Shown here one piece after another: positions 30,780 to 41,241 of a DNA stretch of 64,000 nucleotides. This DNA comes from Bacteroidia bacterium (lineage in GTDB: Bacteria > Bacteroidota > Bacteroidia > Bacteroidales > VadinHA17), in the NCBI GenBank assembly GCA_026391215.1, contig JAPLDX010000106.1, positions 23,441 through 87,440 on the forward strand, given 5' to 3'. The notes beneath the pieces are model-generated. The model saw nothing but the letters and a program-made list of their open reading frames with translations, was not told where the DNA came from and did not search any database. Every line of letters starts with the position of its first letter. The first letter of the stretch is position 1. Both the position numbers and the translations under genes were made by a program.

Positions 30780-32594
30780 TCAACCAAAGAGACTTCCGTT
30801 CTGCCATATTTCATACTGCACATCAGAAAATGGCACGGCAGATGTTGTTTTATTGTTACGTGAATTTGTGACTATTCCTGTCCTGAGATGAATTTTGATA
30901 TTATCTCCATCATGCAAATCCAGTTCATCAAGCGATTTGCAGGAAATAATCGGCAGGGCGGCGTTTATTGCGTTTCTCTCGTATATTGCCCCGAACGATT
31001 CAGCAAGGATGCCCTGTATGCCAAGTGAGATAAAGCAATCGACAGCCTGTTGTCTTGAGCTGCCGCTTCCAAAATTCTTACCTGTAACTACAATATCTCC
31101 AGATCTTGCTTTTTTCGAAAATTGCTCATATCCTTTCAGGTTATCGAATGTATATTGACCCATCTCCTTCATATCTGTAATTGCCAGGTACCTGTTATGA
31201 AAGATCATGTCTGTATCAATATTGTCTTTTTTAATCAGCCATATTATTCCTTCTATATAATCAGGTTTGGCTTTTTTGTCTTTGTGCCTGTCTTTCTTGT
31301 AATTATTTGAAACTGATTTAGACGGCTGACTGAAAACGGAAGGTTTAGCCGGAATTTTATCGGGTGTCGTTATATATCCAGCCACGGCAGAAGCTGCAAC
31401 CACAGCAGGTGAAGCCAGGTATACGCTTCCCTTCCCCTGCTTTCCGGGAAAATTCCTGTTTCCTGTGCTTATAGTCACCTCCTCCGGACCATTCTGCCCG
31501 ACCTGCCCTGCTGCACAACCGGCACAGCCTGCATTTGAAACCAGTGCTCCGGCCTTCTTAAAAATATCAATCAATCCATCCATAAGACAGTTCTTCCATA
31601 TTTCGTCAGTTGCAGGTACAATTTTCAGAATAACGCCTGGGGCGACTTTTCTGTCCTTAAGTATCTCGGCAGCCTTTTGCATATCTTCCATTCTTCCGTT
31701 TGTACAGCTACCGATAAATGCAGAATCTATTTTCTGTCCTTCTACCGATGCTGCATCGACAGTGTCATGAGGTTCTCCCGGGCGGGATATCACCGGAAGA
31801 AATTTTGTGACATCCAGGTCGAATTTCTTTTCGTATGACGCATCATTATCGGCAAAAACGGGAGTAAACTTATTTTTTGAATTGCGGCTGCAAAATTCAA
31901 TAATCTCCTTGGATGGCGGGAATAATATTATTATGGCACCCATCTCGGTTGCCATTGATGAGACAGTTATCCTGGCATCAAGGCTCATTTTATCAACCGA
32001 ATCACCATATAGCTCCACTGAATATCCAAGAAGAGAGTTTGCCCCGAAGATCTTCAGTAGGTTCAGTATAATATCTTTTGAAGTTATGTTTTCCGGAAAT
32101 TCTCCATTTAACTGGATCCTGACAGAAGGAGGCACCTTAAACCATATCCTTCCGTTATGCCATGATGCAGCTATATCCATATCTCCCATTCCCTGACCAA
32201 AAGCGCCGACAGCTCCAAGGATGTTGGCATGTGAATCGGTTGAGACGGCTGTTGCACCCGGATATACATATCCTTTGTCAATCAGTATATGCGTACCTAT
32301 ACCAGCATCAATATCGAAAATCTTAATACCATTTTCACGGGCAAAAAGTCGGCAAATATGTTGATTTACTGCATATTTCTGATCAGATCCTGTCGGATTG
32401 CAATCGAAGGTAAACAGGGTTTTTTCAGGATTTTCTATCTGCAATCCGTGATCCCTGATATTTTTGACAACATTTGCACCTCCAAAATCACGCGCGACCC
32501 TGACATCTATGCCAACATCAATTATTTCATCCGGATGTACAGTTTCATTTTTTGAATGTGCTGCAAGTATTTTTTCAACCAATGTCATTGTCAT
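30780..32594 (-). CDS. Aconitase-family dehydratase, fused large+small subunit (paralog 1)
   Basis: TDSHA, GSCTNGR, CAGC, STGNRNFPGKQG, then DNIDTD and NFGSGSSRQQA. Confidence 0.88.
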   Translation of the reverse strand: MTMTLVEKILAAHSKNETVHPDEIIDVGIDVRVARDFGGANVVKNIRDHGLQIENPEKTLFTFDCNPTGSDQKYAVNQHICRLFARENGIKIFDIDAGIGTHILIDKGYVYPGATAVSTDSHANILGAVGAFGQGMGDMDIAASWHNGRIWFKVPPSVRIQLNGEFPENITSKDIILNLLKIFGANSLLGYSVELYGDSVDKMSLDARITVSSMATEMGAIIILFPPSKEIIEFCSRNSKNKFTPVFADNDASYEKKFDLDVTKFLPVISRPGEPHDTVDAASVEGQKIDSAFIGSCTNGRMEDMQKAAEILKDRKVAPGVILKIVPATDEIWKNCLMDGLIDIFKKAGALVSNAGCAGCAAGQVGQNGPEEVTISTGNRNFPGKQGKGSVYLASPAVVAASAVAGYITTPDKIPAKPSVFSQPSKSVSNNYKKDRHKDKKAKPDYIEGIIWLIKKDNIDTDMIFHNRYLAITDMKEMGQYTFDNLKGYEQFSKKARSGDIVVTGKNFGSGSSRQQAVDCFISLGIQGILAESFGAIYERNAINAALPIISCKSLDELDLHDGDNIKIHLRTGIVTNSRNNKTTSAVPFSDVQYEIWQNGSLFG

Positions 32595-32645
32595 AGCTTA
32601 TTTTTTAGTAAGATCAGGTAATAATCAAACCCGGAAAGATTTAAT

Positions 32646-33494
32646 TTATCTGTACTGAGCCCTGTAATCACGTGGTGAAATGCCTTCAGTCTTCCTGAAC
32701 TGCTTATTGAAATTAGATATGCTCTCAAAACCGCATTCAACCGCAATATCATGAATCTGGTATTCTGTTTCACGGAGAAGATAGCATGCCTTGTTTGTCC
32801 GCACCCTGTTAACATACTCGACAAATCCTGCCCCGCTGTTCTTTTTAAAGAAACGGCTAAAAGCGTATGGGTTCATTTGTGCTATTTTAGAAACTTTTTC
32901 CAGTGATATCGGTTTAAAATAGTTTTCTCTGACATAGGTATACGCATCAGCCATTTTTTTGTTCCCACGTTCATCATAAACCTGCTTATAATTTTCGGAG
33001 CAAAGAAGGATCTTTTTCTCAGACTGGCACATGATTCTGACAACATTAAAGAAATCGATCATTTTTTCAATTCCGGCATTGCCGGTCATCTCAACAAGAT
33101 GTTTTTCGACCTTTTTTGCATCCTCAACTGAAAAGCCAATTCCTCTATCAGCCTGGGCCAGCAGCTCTCTCACGCAATGCATTTCATGCTGTCCGAGAAG
33201 TGCATCGCCCAATGACGACTGCCTGAAATGAACCACGATACCATGCTTTTCAGGCAGATCTTTTTCGGGTTTGTAATAATTCCATGAATGAGGAATATTT
33301 CCGGCGACAAGAACCATATCGTACTGATCAAATAATTCGACGCTATCACCTACGATACGGGTTCCATTGCTTTTAATATTCAGCACGAGTTCATATTCCG
33401 GATGGAAATGCCACATTCCTCCGGTATCGGTTATATATTCAGCAATAAAACCGCCTCCGTCATCATAACTTATCTTCTCAAGTTCCGCTATCAT
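32646..33494 (-). CDS. AraC-family transcriptional regulator
   Basis: Cupin WHFHPEYEL; C-terminal HTH IAVECGFESISNFNKQFRK. Likely start MIAELEK. Confidence 0.92.
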   Translation of the reverse strand: MIAELEKISYDDGGGFIAEYITDTGGMWHFHPEYELVLNIKSNGTRIVGDSVELFDQYDMVLVAGNIPHSWNYYKPEKDLPEKHGIVVHFRQSSLGDALLGQHEMHCVRELLAQADRGIGFSVEDAKKVEKHLVEMTGNAGIEKMIDFFNVVRIMCQSEKKILLCSENYKQVYDERGNKKMADAYTYVRENYFKPISLEKVSKIAQMNPYAFSRFFKKNSGAGFVEYVNRVRTNKACYLLRETEYQIHDIAVECGFESISNFNKQFRKTEGISPRDYRAQYR

Positions 33495-33625
33495 CAGGAA
33501 ATATAATTTAACCGGTATCCTTTCAAATTTAAACAATATTACGTCAATTTCCGCTGAGAAAGATTTCAAAATAATTTTTCTTTAATAATTTGAAATTACA
33601 AATTTTATATGTAAATTTGTTACCA

Positions 33626-33841
33626 AGCTCATGCTATTGGTATAAGAGGAGATGAGCAAGGGTTGGGAGTGAGAATCAACAGGATTGTATTGCAGACATT
33701 GACTTTCACATCTGGGACCTGAGGAACAGCGCCAGCTTTCCGTGGTTCCATCCTTTTATCAGACAGTAGACACGGGAATTATCTTTTTAATAAAACCCGC
33801 TCCCTGATTCTCACAACCACCCTTCCTCCTCTTATTTTTTT
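33626..33841 (+). ncRNA. Candidate structured ncRNA (6S-like long rod)
   Basis: TTTG...TAAATTTG promoter (33612-33619). The 5' end ataagaggag..aagggt..gtgagaatca pairs with the 3' end tgattctcac..accctt..ctcctcttat; internal stems; terminal T-run. Confidence 0.45.
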
Positions 33842-33959
33842 ATACCCTCTGATATGCCTGCACGGCTGGTTATATATATCATTTCACGAGTAAAATAATT
33901 CATTATCTTTGTTTTTGGGTGAATTGGGTAATCTGATTTTTTAATATTAACGCGAGGCC

Positions 33960-34691
33960 ATGAGAACTTATATCAGGCGCAGGGAGAAGAATGATCAGCT
34001 TGTCGTCTTTTACGGAGGATGGGGTATGGATGAGAATGTCTTTACTCCGTTATGCAATGATGAGTTTGATTTTATTCTTTTTTATAACTATTCCGCTAAT
34101 GAAGCCCTGGTACTTCCGGAGATGAAGGTATATAAGAAAATCACTCTTATCGGATATTCTCTTGGAGTTTGGGCCGCGGAATATCTTTCATCAAAAACCG
34201 GAATAAAGCCTGATGTAACTATAGCTGTTAACGGAACTCCTATACCTGCCGATGACAATTACGGCATACCACTTAAGATATTTGAGGGGACACTTAATAA
34301 TATTACTGAAGCGCACATGGACAAATTCTATTTGAGGATGTTCGGCGACAGGAAGACCTTCAGAATGAATGCAGACAGAATACCACACAGAACAATCAAG
34401 TCGCTTCACGACGAACTTAGATGGCTCTATAACAGAATAATGGAACAAACTGAGCCGGGTTTCAGATGGGATTATGCTGTATCAAGCGAAAATGACCGTG
34501 TTTTTCCGGCAGGTAATGTCAAAAGTTACTGGCAAAAGGAAAAGCTCACACGGCATATTATTCTTCCCCTTCCCCATTATTTATTTAATCAATGGAATTC
34601 CTTCACTGATTTCATAAGCTATGTGGAGCAGTTCAGAAAGAAAAGGGTTCCAAAAAGGAAAATACAGGAAGCTGTTCTTAAAGATCTTTGA
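33960..34691 (+). CDS. DUF452 / BioG-like alpha/beta-hydrolase (pimeloyl-ACP methyl esterase-like)
   Basis: GWGMD, GYSLG nucleophile elbow, AVNGTP, GIP, DRVFP, terminal PH. Confidence 0.78.
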   Translation: MRTYIRRREKNDQLVVFYGGWGMDENVFTPLCNDEFDFILFYNYSANEALVLPEMKVYKKITLIGYSLGVWAAEYLSSKTGIKPDVTIAVNGTPIPADDNYGIPLKIFEGTLNNITEAHMDKFYLRMFGDRKTFRMNADRIPHRTIKSLHDELRWLYNRIMEQTEPGFRWDYAVSSENDRVFPAGNVKSYWQKEKLTRHIILPLPHYLFNQWNSFTDFISYVEQFRKKRVPKRKIQEAVLKDL

Positions 34692-36021
34692 TCAGGATAT
34701 TGGAATCGGATTTTGCCATCTGTTTTTCAAATTTCTCAAGCATTGAGACTACCTTTTCGTAGTCTTTGTTTTTTAAAACTGTCTGTTGTTCAATGCCTTT
34801 TTTATCCAGCCGTGACAGTACATAACTTACAGTAAGCTTATTAATATCCAGAGCCGGCTGGTAGAGCCTTTCAATCGCATCCTTTTCGTGAATTACCGAA
34901 ACAAGATTAGAACTGCTGAGATCCTTAAGAATGTCACGTGCAAGCCGGACAGGGATTTTCAGCGTTTTCCCAATATCTTCTGTACTTACAGCTTTTTCTC
35001 CTATTGCAAAGTTCCTGATGATCATATTCATGATTAATATAATCAAGGCGCGCTTATGAAAGTGGCTCACATTCAGCGCTTCAGATTCAGACTCATAACG
35101 TGAGATATTCTGATTGGCAAAGGAAAGCTCGGCTCCAAGGAGGACTATAATCCAGCTGGTCTGTAAGAAAATAATAAACAGGGGTACAGCTGCCAATCCT
35201 CCATAGATAGCACTTAGTTTTGTGATCCCAAACTGAAGATCCAGATATACCCATTGTAAAATCTTCAGAATTGTACCTGCAATAATGCCTGATATCAGTG
35301 CTGGCATAAACTTAACCTTGGCATTTGGCATCACTATAAATAACAGTGTTAGAATGAGCCAGGTCAGTAAATATGGTGCAAACTTGATTAGAAAGCTTAT
35401 CACAGGCTTGAAAAAACCTAGTATTGGCGCTTTAGTCATAAACTCGGTCAGATAAGCACTGATAAATACTGTAATACTGCTTGATATTACGAGAAGTACC
35501 GGGGCAATCAGCATAATTGTCAGGTAATCAGTGAATTTCCTGTACCATGCCCTTGGTGATGATATCTGCCAGATATGGTTGAATGAGTTTTCGATCTGGC
35601 TTAGTAAGGATACAACAGACCAGAAGAGGATTATCACTCCCACCCCGGCAATATAACCGCCACTTGTATTTTGAACTGTCTGACTTGCTTTCTCAAGCAG
35701 CGGTGTCAGGATTTCACTATATGACTGAAAATCCTTTGAGTTTGTTATTATTGACTGCAGATTCTGATCAAGCCCAAAACCTTTGGCTATAGCAAATGCT
35801 ATTGCAATTACAGGAATAATGGACATAAGTGTATAAAATGTCAGAGCGGATGCACGCAAGTCGACTTTATCCTTCAATGAACTCTTGCCAGCAATGAATA
35901 GGATCCTTCCCTGTTTGATCAAAAATGTCTTTCTTTTCGATAATTCGGAAAGCGGAGTGTGCCAAATTGCATCGTTTACCCTCTTAACCTGCTCCAGAGC
36001 CCATGATACAGGATTTGCCAT
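34678..36021 (-). CDS. YihY/virulence factor BrkB family membrane protein with C-terminal wHTH
   Basis: RASALTFYT, IENSFNHIW, IYGGLAAVPLF, LLGAELSFA. Likely start MANPVS. Confidence 0.9.
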   Translation of the reverse strand: MANPVSWALEQVKRVNDAIWHTPLSELSKRKTFLIKQGRILFIAGKSSLKDKVDLRASALTFYTLMSIIPVIAIAFAIAKGFGLDQNLQSIITNSKDFQSYSEILTPLLEKASQTVQNTSGGYIAGVGVIILFWSVVSLLSQIENSFNHIWQISSPRAWYRKFTDYLTIMLIAPVLLVISSSITVFISAYLTEFMTKAPILGFFKPVISFLIKFAPYLLTWLILTLLFIVMPNAKVKFMPALISGIIAGTILKILQWVYLDLQFGITKLSAIYGGLAAVPLFIIFLQTSWIIVLLGAELSFANQNISRYESESEALNVSHFHKRALIILIMNMIIRNFAIGEKAVSTEDIGKTLKIPVRLARDILKDLSSSNLVSVIHEKDAIERLYQPALDINKLTVSYVLSRLDKKGIEQQTVLKNKDYEKVVSMLEKFEKQMAKSDSNILIKDL

Positions 36022-36104
36022 GGTGTTTGTTTTTTCAAATATACAAAATACACAAGGTGTATAAATAAAAATAATTATTATTTTCACTTTGAAGAATAAC
36101 ACTT

Positions 36105-36797
36105 ATGAAGATTGAAATCCTGGAATTTGTAGAGGGGGCAAAAAAAGCTACAGGACTGACTGTCATTATTGATGTTTTCAGGGCATTTTCAGTAGCCTGC
36201 TATACGTTTGATTCAGGTGCTGTTCGTCTGATAGTTACTTCTGAGGTACAGAAGGCCTTTGATTTAAAAGCGACATATAAGAATTCTATCCTTACAGGAG
36301 AAAGAGGAGAAAGAAAAATTGAGGGATTTGACTTCGGGAACAGTCCGACAGAGATAATTAAAGCCGATCTTCAAGGGAAAACAGTGATTCAAACGACAAC
36401 TGCAGGAACAAATGGTTTGATAAAAGCTGAAAATGCCGATATTCTGTTAACTGGGAGCATGGTTAATGCAGACGCAATTGTGAAATATATCAAAACTCTG
36501 AATCCGTCAAATGTATCCCTGGTAGCAATGGGTTACAGGGCATCTTCTTCTGCTGAAGAGGATCTAATATGTGCAGAAATGATAAGATCAGAACTTATGG
36601 GAACAGATATAAGCTTTGAAAAGAGAATCGCCGAACTACGGTATGGGAGCGGAAGCAGGTTCTTTGATCCTACAAACCTAAGCTACTCTCCTCCTACTGA
36701 TTTTTTTCTTTGCACAATGGTTAATAAGTTCAATTTTGTACTGAAAGGAGAAAAAAGGCCGGACGGGAATATGGATCTGATGAAGATTGATGTATGA
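36105..36797 (+). CDS. 2-phosphosulfolactate phosphatase (ComB) family
   Basis: IIDVFRAFS, GERG, FDFGNSP, TTTAGT, EEDLICA. Confidence 0.88.
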   Translation: MKIEILEFVEGAKKATGLTVIIDVFRAFSVACYTFDSGAVRLIVTSEVQKAFDLKATYKNSILTGERGERKIEGFDFGNSPTEIIKADLQGKTVIQTTTAGTNGLIKAENADILLTGSMVNADAIVKYIKTLNPSNVSLVAMGYRASSSAEEDLICAEMIRSELMGTDISFEKRIAELRYGSGSRFFDPTNLSYSPPTDFFLCTMVNKFNFVLKGEKRPDGNMDLMKIDV

Positions 36798-36815
36798 CCA
36801 GGTATAGATATGTTC

Positions 36816-37772
36816 TTATAGATCTATAGTCCCAGGTAAAAATAAAGGAATAAACTTTCTTCTGCTGTGAATTTCACGGAAAGCACAGAACATGCAGACT
36901 TTATAAAAATTGAACAGCCAGAGAGGCGGATCAGATGAATCAATACGGAGTTCCATTCTTTCCCTGTAACGTATAAATATAGCGACAAGGATCAGCCTGA
37001 CCCGGAAAATACGAATCTTGTTATAAATACGAAGCATCCTTACGGTTGAGGAGAAAGTCCTCTTGTCAGTGACACTGTCATAGAGCCTGCTAAGGTTTTC
37101 CAGTCTCAGCTTTGTCTTGTCAAGAAACTCACGGTTTGACTCCAGGCCTTCATGCAAAAGCCCGTTATCTATATGGAATATGTCAATGTCAGCTTTCTTA
37201 AGCTGGTAACTTAACAGGGTGTCCTCATGACCATATTGCTTAAGTTCCTCATTGAAACGCAGTTTTGAGAAAATAGTCCTGTCTATAAGTACATTAAATG
37301 TAGTAAATGCAGCATGTGGATGCTTGTTTCTCTCAAAAGCTTTTCTCTGTTCCCTTTTAATTCCGTATTTCCACCTCAGTATCTTTTCAGGATCTCCAGG
37401 AGGACTTTCATGATACAGAATACCTCCGGATATAACCCTTGCAGAAGCCATAACCGCTATCCAGTTATTCAAATAGGTCTCTGCAGTGGCCGGTATCATG
37501 GCATCAGAGTCAATATACAGCAGGAAGTCCCCTTTTGCTTCGAGGGCAAGTTTGTTTCTTATAGCAGCTCTCCCGATATTTTTTTCTGAGACAATAACCC
37601 TTACTCCATCACCTCTAAGGGACTTATATTTCAAACGATTCTCAGCTGAAGAGCCATCATCCCCTATAATTATCTCAAGTAATTCCGGAATTTTGCCGAT
37701 ACAACTCCTCATGCTGCAGACCAATGCCACAATGTCATAATCACAAACCGGAATGAGCAAGGAAATTGTCAT
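36816..37772 (-). CDS. GT2 glycosyltransferase
   Basis: LIPV, DDGS, GRAAIRN, DSD (DxD), YGHED. Confidence 0.88.
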   Translation of the reverse strand: MTISLLIPVCDYDIVALVCSMRSCIGKIPELLEIIIGDDGSSAENRLKYKSLRGDGVRVIVSEKNIGRAAIRNKLALEAKGDFLLYIDSDAMIPATAETYLNNWIAVMASARVISGGILYHESPPGDPEKILRWKYGIKREQRKAFERNKHPHAAFTTFNVLIDRTIFSKLRFNEELKQYGHEDTLLSYQLKKADIDIFHIDNGLLHEGLESNREFLDKTKLRLENLSRLYDSVTDKRTFSSTVRMLRIYNKIRIFRVRLILVAIFIRYRERMELRIDSSDPPLWLFNFYKVCMFCAFREIHSRRKFIPLFLPGTIDL

Positions 37773-37895
37773 TAGCTACCCATAGAATTAACAGACCAAA
37801 AATACAATATATTTCTTTATAATAGAAAGTAATGAATTTGGCAAAGAAATTGTAATGACTAATTTTGTCTTCAACATTTACTATTAGACAATTAG

Positions 37896-39160
37896 ATGAA
37901 AAAGAATATTCCCTTGTTTATCCTGCTTCTTCAGCTGTCGTTACCGGGAGCGGGCCAGCTTAAAAACAATCACGAGATCTCAATGACAATTTCAGGTCTC
38001 AGGGATTCATCAATTTATCTCGCATATCATTTCGGTGATAAACAATATATTAAAGACACTATCAAACTGGACAGCCGGGGTCATGGCATATTTTCAGGAC
38101 CAGAGAGCCTCCCTCATGGTATTTATATGATAGTTCTGCCAGGAAGGCAATATTTTGAGTTTCTTGCCTCTGATGACCAGCTTTTCTCTCTTACCTGCAG
38201 CTATGAGGATTATTACAATACTCTCAAATTCACAGGTTCAGACGAGAATTCAGCTTTCATTGAATATCAGAAAAAATGGTCAGCATTGCAACAGCAGGCA
38301 ATAGGTATTTCGAAGAGACTGCAAACAAACAAACAGAACAGCGATTCCGTGAAGCTTCTTATCGAAAAGCAGAAAAAGCAGGAAGAATACATGAAATCCT
38401 ATCTCAGGAATATCATAGATGCTAATGGTAATAATCTGCTTTCTGTACTGGTTAAATCAATGCTTCCGATCGAGGTGCCCGACTTTAAGTAATACAGTAC
38501 CCCGATTCCATTAACAGGGAGATTGACAAACTGATAGCGAAATGCCAACCAAATTATAAGGTGTTCCAGTTTGTTTCAGTTTTTCTCTTCAATCATTTCC
38601 GCGAGAGCGAGATTATGGGTCATGATGCAGTTATGGTGAAGCTGGCTGATGATATTTACCTTTCAGGTAAGGCAGACTGGACGACAAAAGAATTCCGGGA
38701 CGATCTTTCAAGGCAGGTTGAGCTCCTTAGAAATAACCTTATAGGTTTGAAAGCAAAGGACCTTGTCATGAATTCTTATAAAGGCACATTTGTTTCTCTT
38801 TATGATATAGAAAAGGATTTCACCATACTTTACTTCTGGGAGCCTAACTGCGGGCATTGCAAGGAAGCCACACCAAAACTGAAAGCTTATTATGAAAAAG
38901 CCAGAAATGAGGGTGTTGAAATTTTTGCTGTCTGTACAGTTGATGATAAACCGGCCTGGACAAAGTATATTGAAGAGAACGGACTGACATGGATCAATGG
39001 CTGGGATCCGGAACGAAAGACGTATTTTGATTTCTATTATAACGTTCAATCCACACCGATGATCTACATCCTTGACAGAGATAAAAAAATAATTGCCAAG
39101 AAGCTTTCTGTTGATGATATTCCTTCATTTATAGATAATTACAGGAAGTACAACATGTAA
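37896..39160 (+). pseudogene. Periplasmic TlpA/redoxin-domain protein (DUF4369/DUF5106-like), split into two ORFs by a frameshift
   Basis: ORF1 (signal peptide, GIYMIVLP) stops at 38492. ORF2's frame is already open at about 38489 (VIQYPDSINREIDKLI) and continues to WEPNCGHCK (thioredoxin CxxC). Confidence 0.65.
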
Positions 39161-39161
39161 T

Positions 39162-40163
39162 TTATTTCTGCAGTACTCTAATCAGTTCATATATTGAATT
39201 GAAACTTTCTGTTTTGTCATCACTGGTGAGCAGCCATTTCTGATCAGTATCGTCAGTAATATGAATATAAGGATTGGTAATTGACGAAGACAACTGGTAC
39301 CCCTCTCTTATTAAAGCTCTTTCGGTCCATTTTCTTATTAAACCTTCACCCCTGACAAATATACTTCCCCTTGATTCTCTGAGAAATGAAAAATTGCCAT
39401 CGCCGGAACTGAATTGCACAATTGATGATTCGAACAAATGCTCAAAAGCGCCGCTGAGCATAAGATCTTCGGGAGCTCCTTCAATAAGGTTATTTTCCAG
39501 AATCAGCCATATTTTGTCAGCCTGGTTTACGGCTATATTGAAATCGTGAGTCGAGAATATTATTGTCTTGCCATCCCTTGTCAGCTCCCGCATCAGGCTG
39601 ATGATCTCATATTTACTGGCAATATCAAGAAACGCTGTAGGCTCATCCATTATCATCAGCTCAGCATCCTGGGCGAGAACCCTTGCTATCATCGCTTTCT
39701 GTCGTTCTCCGTCAGAAAGCTCAGAAATGTTCCTCGCTCTCAGGCTAGTCAATCCGGCTCTGGCAATAGCGTTTTCAATTGCCAGCCTTCCTGAATTATC
39801 TATAGTACCAAGCCAGTTTGTATGAGGAAAGCGCCCTAGAGCGACCAAATCGGAAACTCTCATGTTATTTACTTTAATAACTTCAGTGGATATATATCCG
39901 ATTTTCCTTGCCAGCACTATTCTTGAATATTCAGAGATATTTTTACCGTTCAGGATCACTTCTCCTCCAAGTGATGGCTGTAATCCTGCAATAGTCCTCA
40001 GCAGCGTGCTTTTCCCGATTCCGTTCCTGCCAATTACCGCAATGAGCTCACTACCGTTTGATGATGTGGATAATGGCGGTAATAATTCAGCTGAGTGCTT
40101 CCCTTTTGCATAACCAATACTCAGATTGTCAAGAATTAATATTTTGGTCTCGTTTTTCTCCAT
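39162..40163 (-). CDS. btuD: Cobalamin/iron-chelate ABC transporter ATPase
   Basis: GRNGIGKST, LSDGERQK, MDEPT; cobalamin-riboswitch operon. Confidence 0.85.
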   Translation of the reverse strand: MEKNETKILILDNLSIGYAKGKHSAELLPPLSTSSNGSELIAVIGRNGIGKSTLLRTIAGLQPSLGGEVILNGKNISEYSRIVLARKIGYISTEVIKVNNMRVSDLVALGRFPHTNWLGTIDNSGRLAIENAIARAGLTSLRARNISELSDGERQKAMIARVLAQDAELMIMDEPTAFLDIASKYEIISLMRELTRDGKTIIFSTHDFNIAVNQADKIWLILENNLIEGAPEDLMLSGAFEHLFESSIVQFSSGDGNFSFLRESRGSIFVRGEGLIRKWTERALIREGYQLSSSITNPYIHITDDTDQKWLLTSDDKTESFNSIYELIRVLQK

Positions 40164-41230
40164 TAGAATGAACCAGTATCTCTTTTATTTCTGAGTATAA
40201 TCCATAGAACCACCGGAATTCCTATTAGCGATGTTACCGAATTTACTGGAAGGATATTTACAGATCCTGGCAGTTGCGATATAATATCACTGATGAGCAT
40301 AACAACCCCTCCTGCAATGATAGTTCCCGGTACGAGGATCCTGTGATCCGATGTCCTGAACAGATTCCTGGTGATATGAGGAACCGCAATTCCTATGAAT
40401 CCGATTGGGCCGCAAAAGGCTGTTACGCTTCCGGCAAGTATGCTTGTACAGGTAAAGATCACTATTCTTGAAAGACGCAAATTCAGACCTATACTGACTG
40501 CATAATTTTCACCCAGCAACAAGGCGTTCAGCATTTTAACTGAAGCCAGGCTTAATATCATTCCTGCTGCCACTGTCAATAATAACACTTGCAACTGTCC
40601 TGCTGAAAGGTTTCCAAGACTTCCCATAGTCCAAATCACGTATGCCTTGAGCATCGTTTCGTTGCTGAAATACTGCATGATGCTAACGATTGCCGATATA
40701 CCGCTGGCCAGCATGATCCCAATGATCAGGATGGTCATTATATCCCTTATTTTTGAAGAAAGGAACATTATAAGCATCATCACAGCTCCTGCCCCTAACC
40801 ATGCTGAGACAACCAGCACCCAGTTGCCAAGACGCGGGAAGCTTCCAGGAACAAATTGTGCAGAGAAGCCAAGGATGACAAGAGCAACTCCCAGACTTGC
40901 CCCGGAGCTCACTCCCAGGACATATGGACCTGCCATCGGGTTCCTGAACAGGGTTTGCATCTGCAGTCCGCTTAAAGAAAGGGCAATGCCTGCTGCCAGG
41001 GCAGTTAAGGCTTTTGGCAATCTGAACTTAAAAATTATTGTTTCTATTTCGGAATCTGTTCGTTCAAAAAATGCTCTGAAAATATCTGCAGGCCTGATGC
41101 TTACAGATCCGAGCACGATGTCAAGTATGAAAAAGAAGATAAGCAGAATGAATAAGACTAAGAAGATGAGGCTTTTATTCCTTCTCAATCTTATTTCTTC
41201 AGGAACCGTTGCTAACACTTCAGATTTCAA
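40163..41230 (-). CDS. btuC: Cobalamin ABC permease (FecCD family)
   Basis: RLPKA, QTLFRNPMAGPYVLGVSSGA, GPIGFIGIAVPH. Confidence 0.87.
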   Translation of the reverse strand: MKSEVLATVPEEIRLRRNKSLIFLVLFILLIFFFILDIVLGSVSIRPADIFRAFFERTDSEIETIIFKFRLPKALTALAAGIALSLSGLQMQTLFRNPMAGPYVLGVSSGASLGVALVILGFSAQFVPGSFPRLGNWVLVVSAWLGAGAVMMLIMFLSSKIRDIMTILIIGIMLASGISAIVSIMQYFSNETMLKAYVIWTMGSLGNLSAGQLQVLLLTVAAGMILSLASVKMLNALLLGENYAVSIGLNLRLSRIVIFTCTSILAGSVTAFCGPIGFIGIAVPHITRNLFRTSDHRILVPGTIIAGGVVMLISDIISQLPGSVNILPVNSVTSLIGIPVVLWIILRNKRDTGSF

Positions 41231-41241
41231 ATACTCTGATT

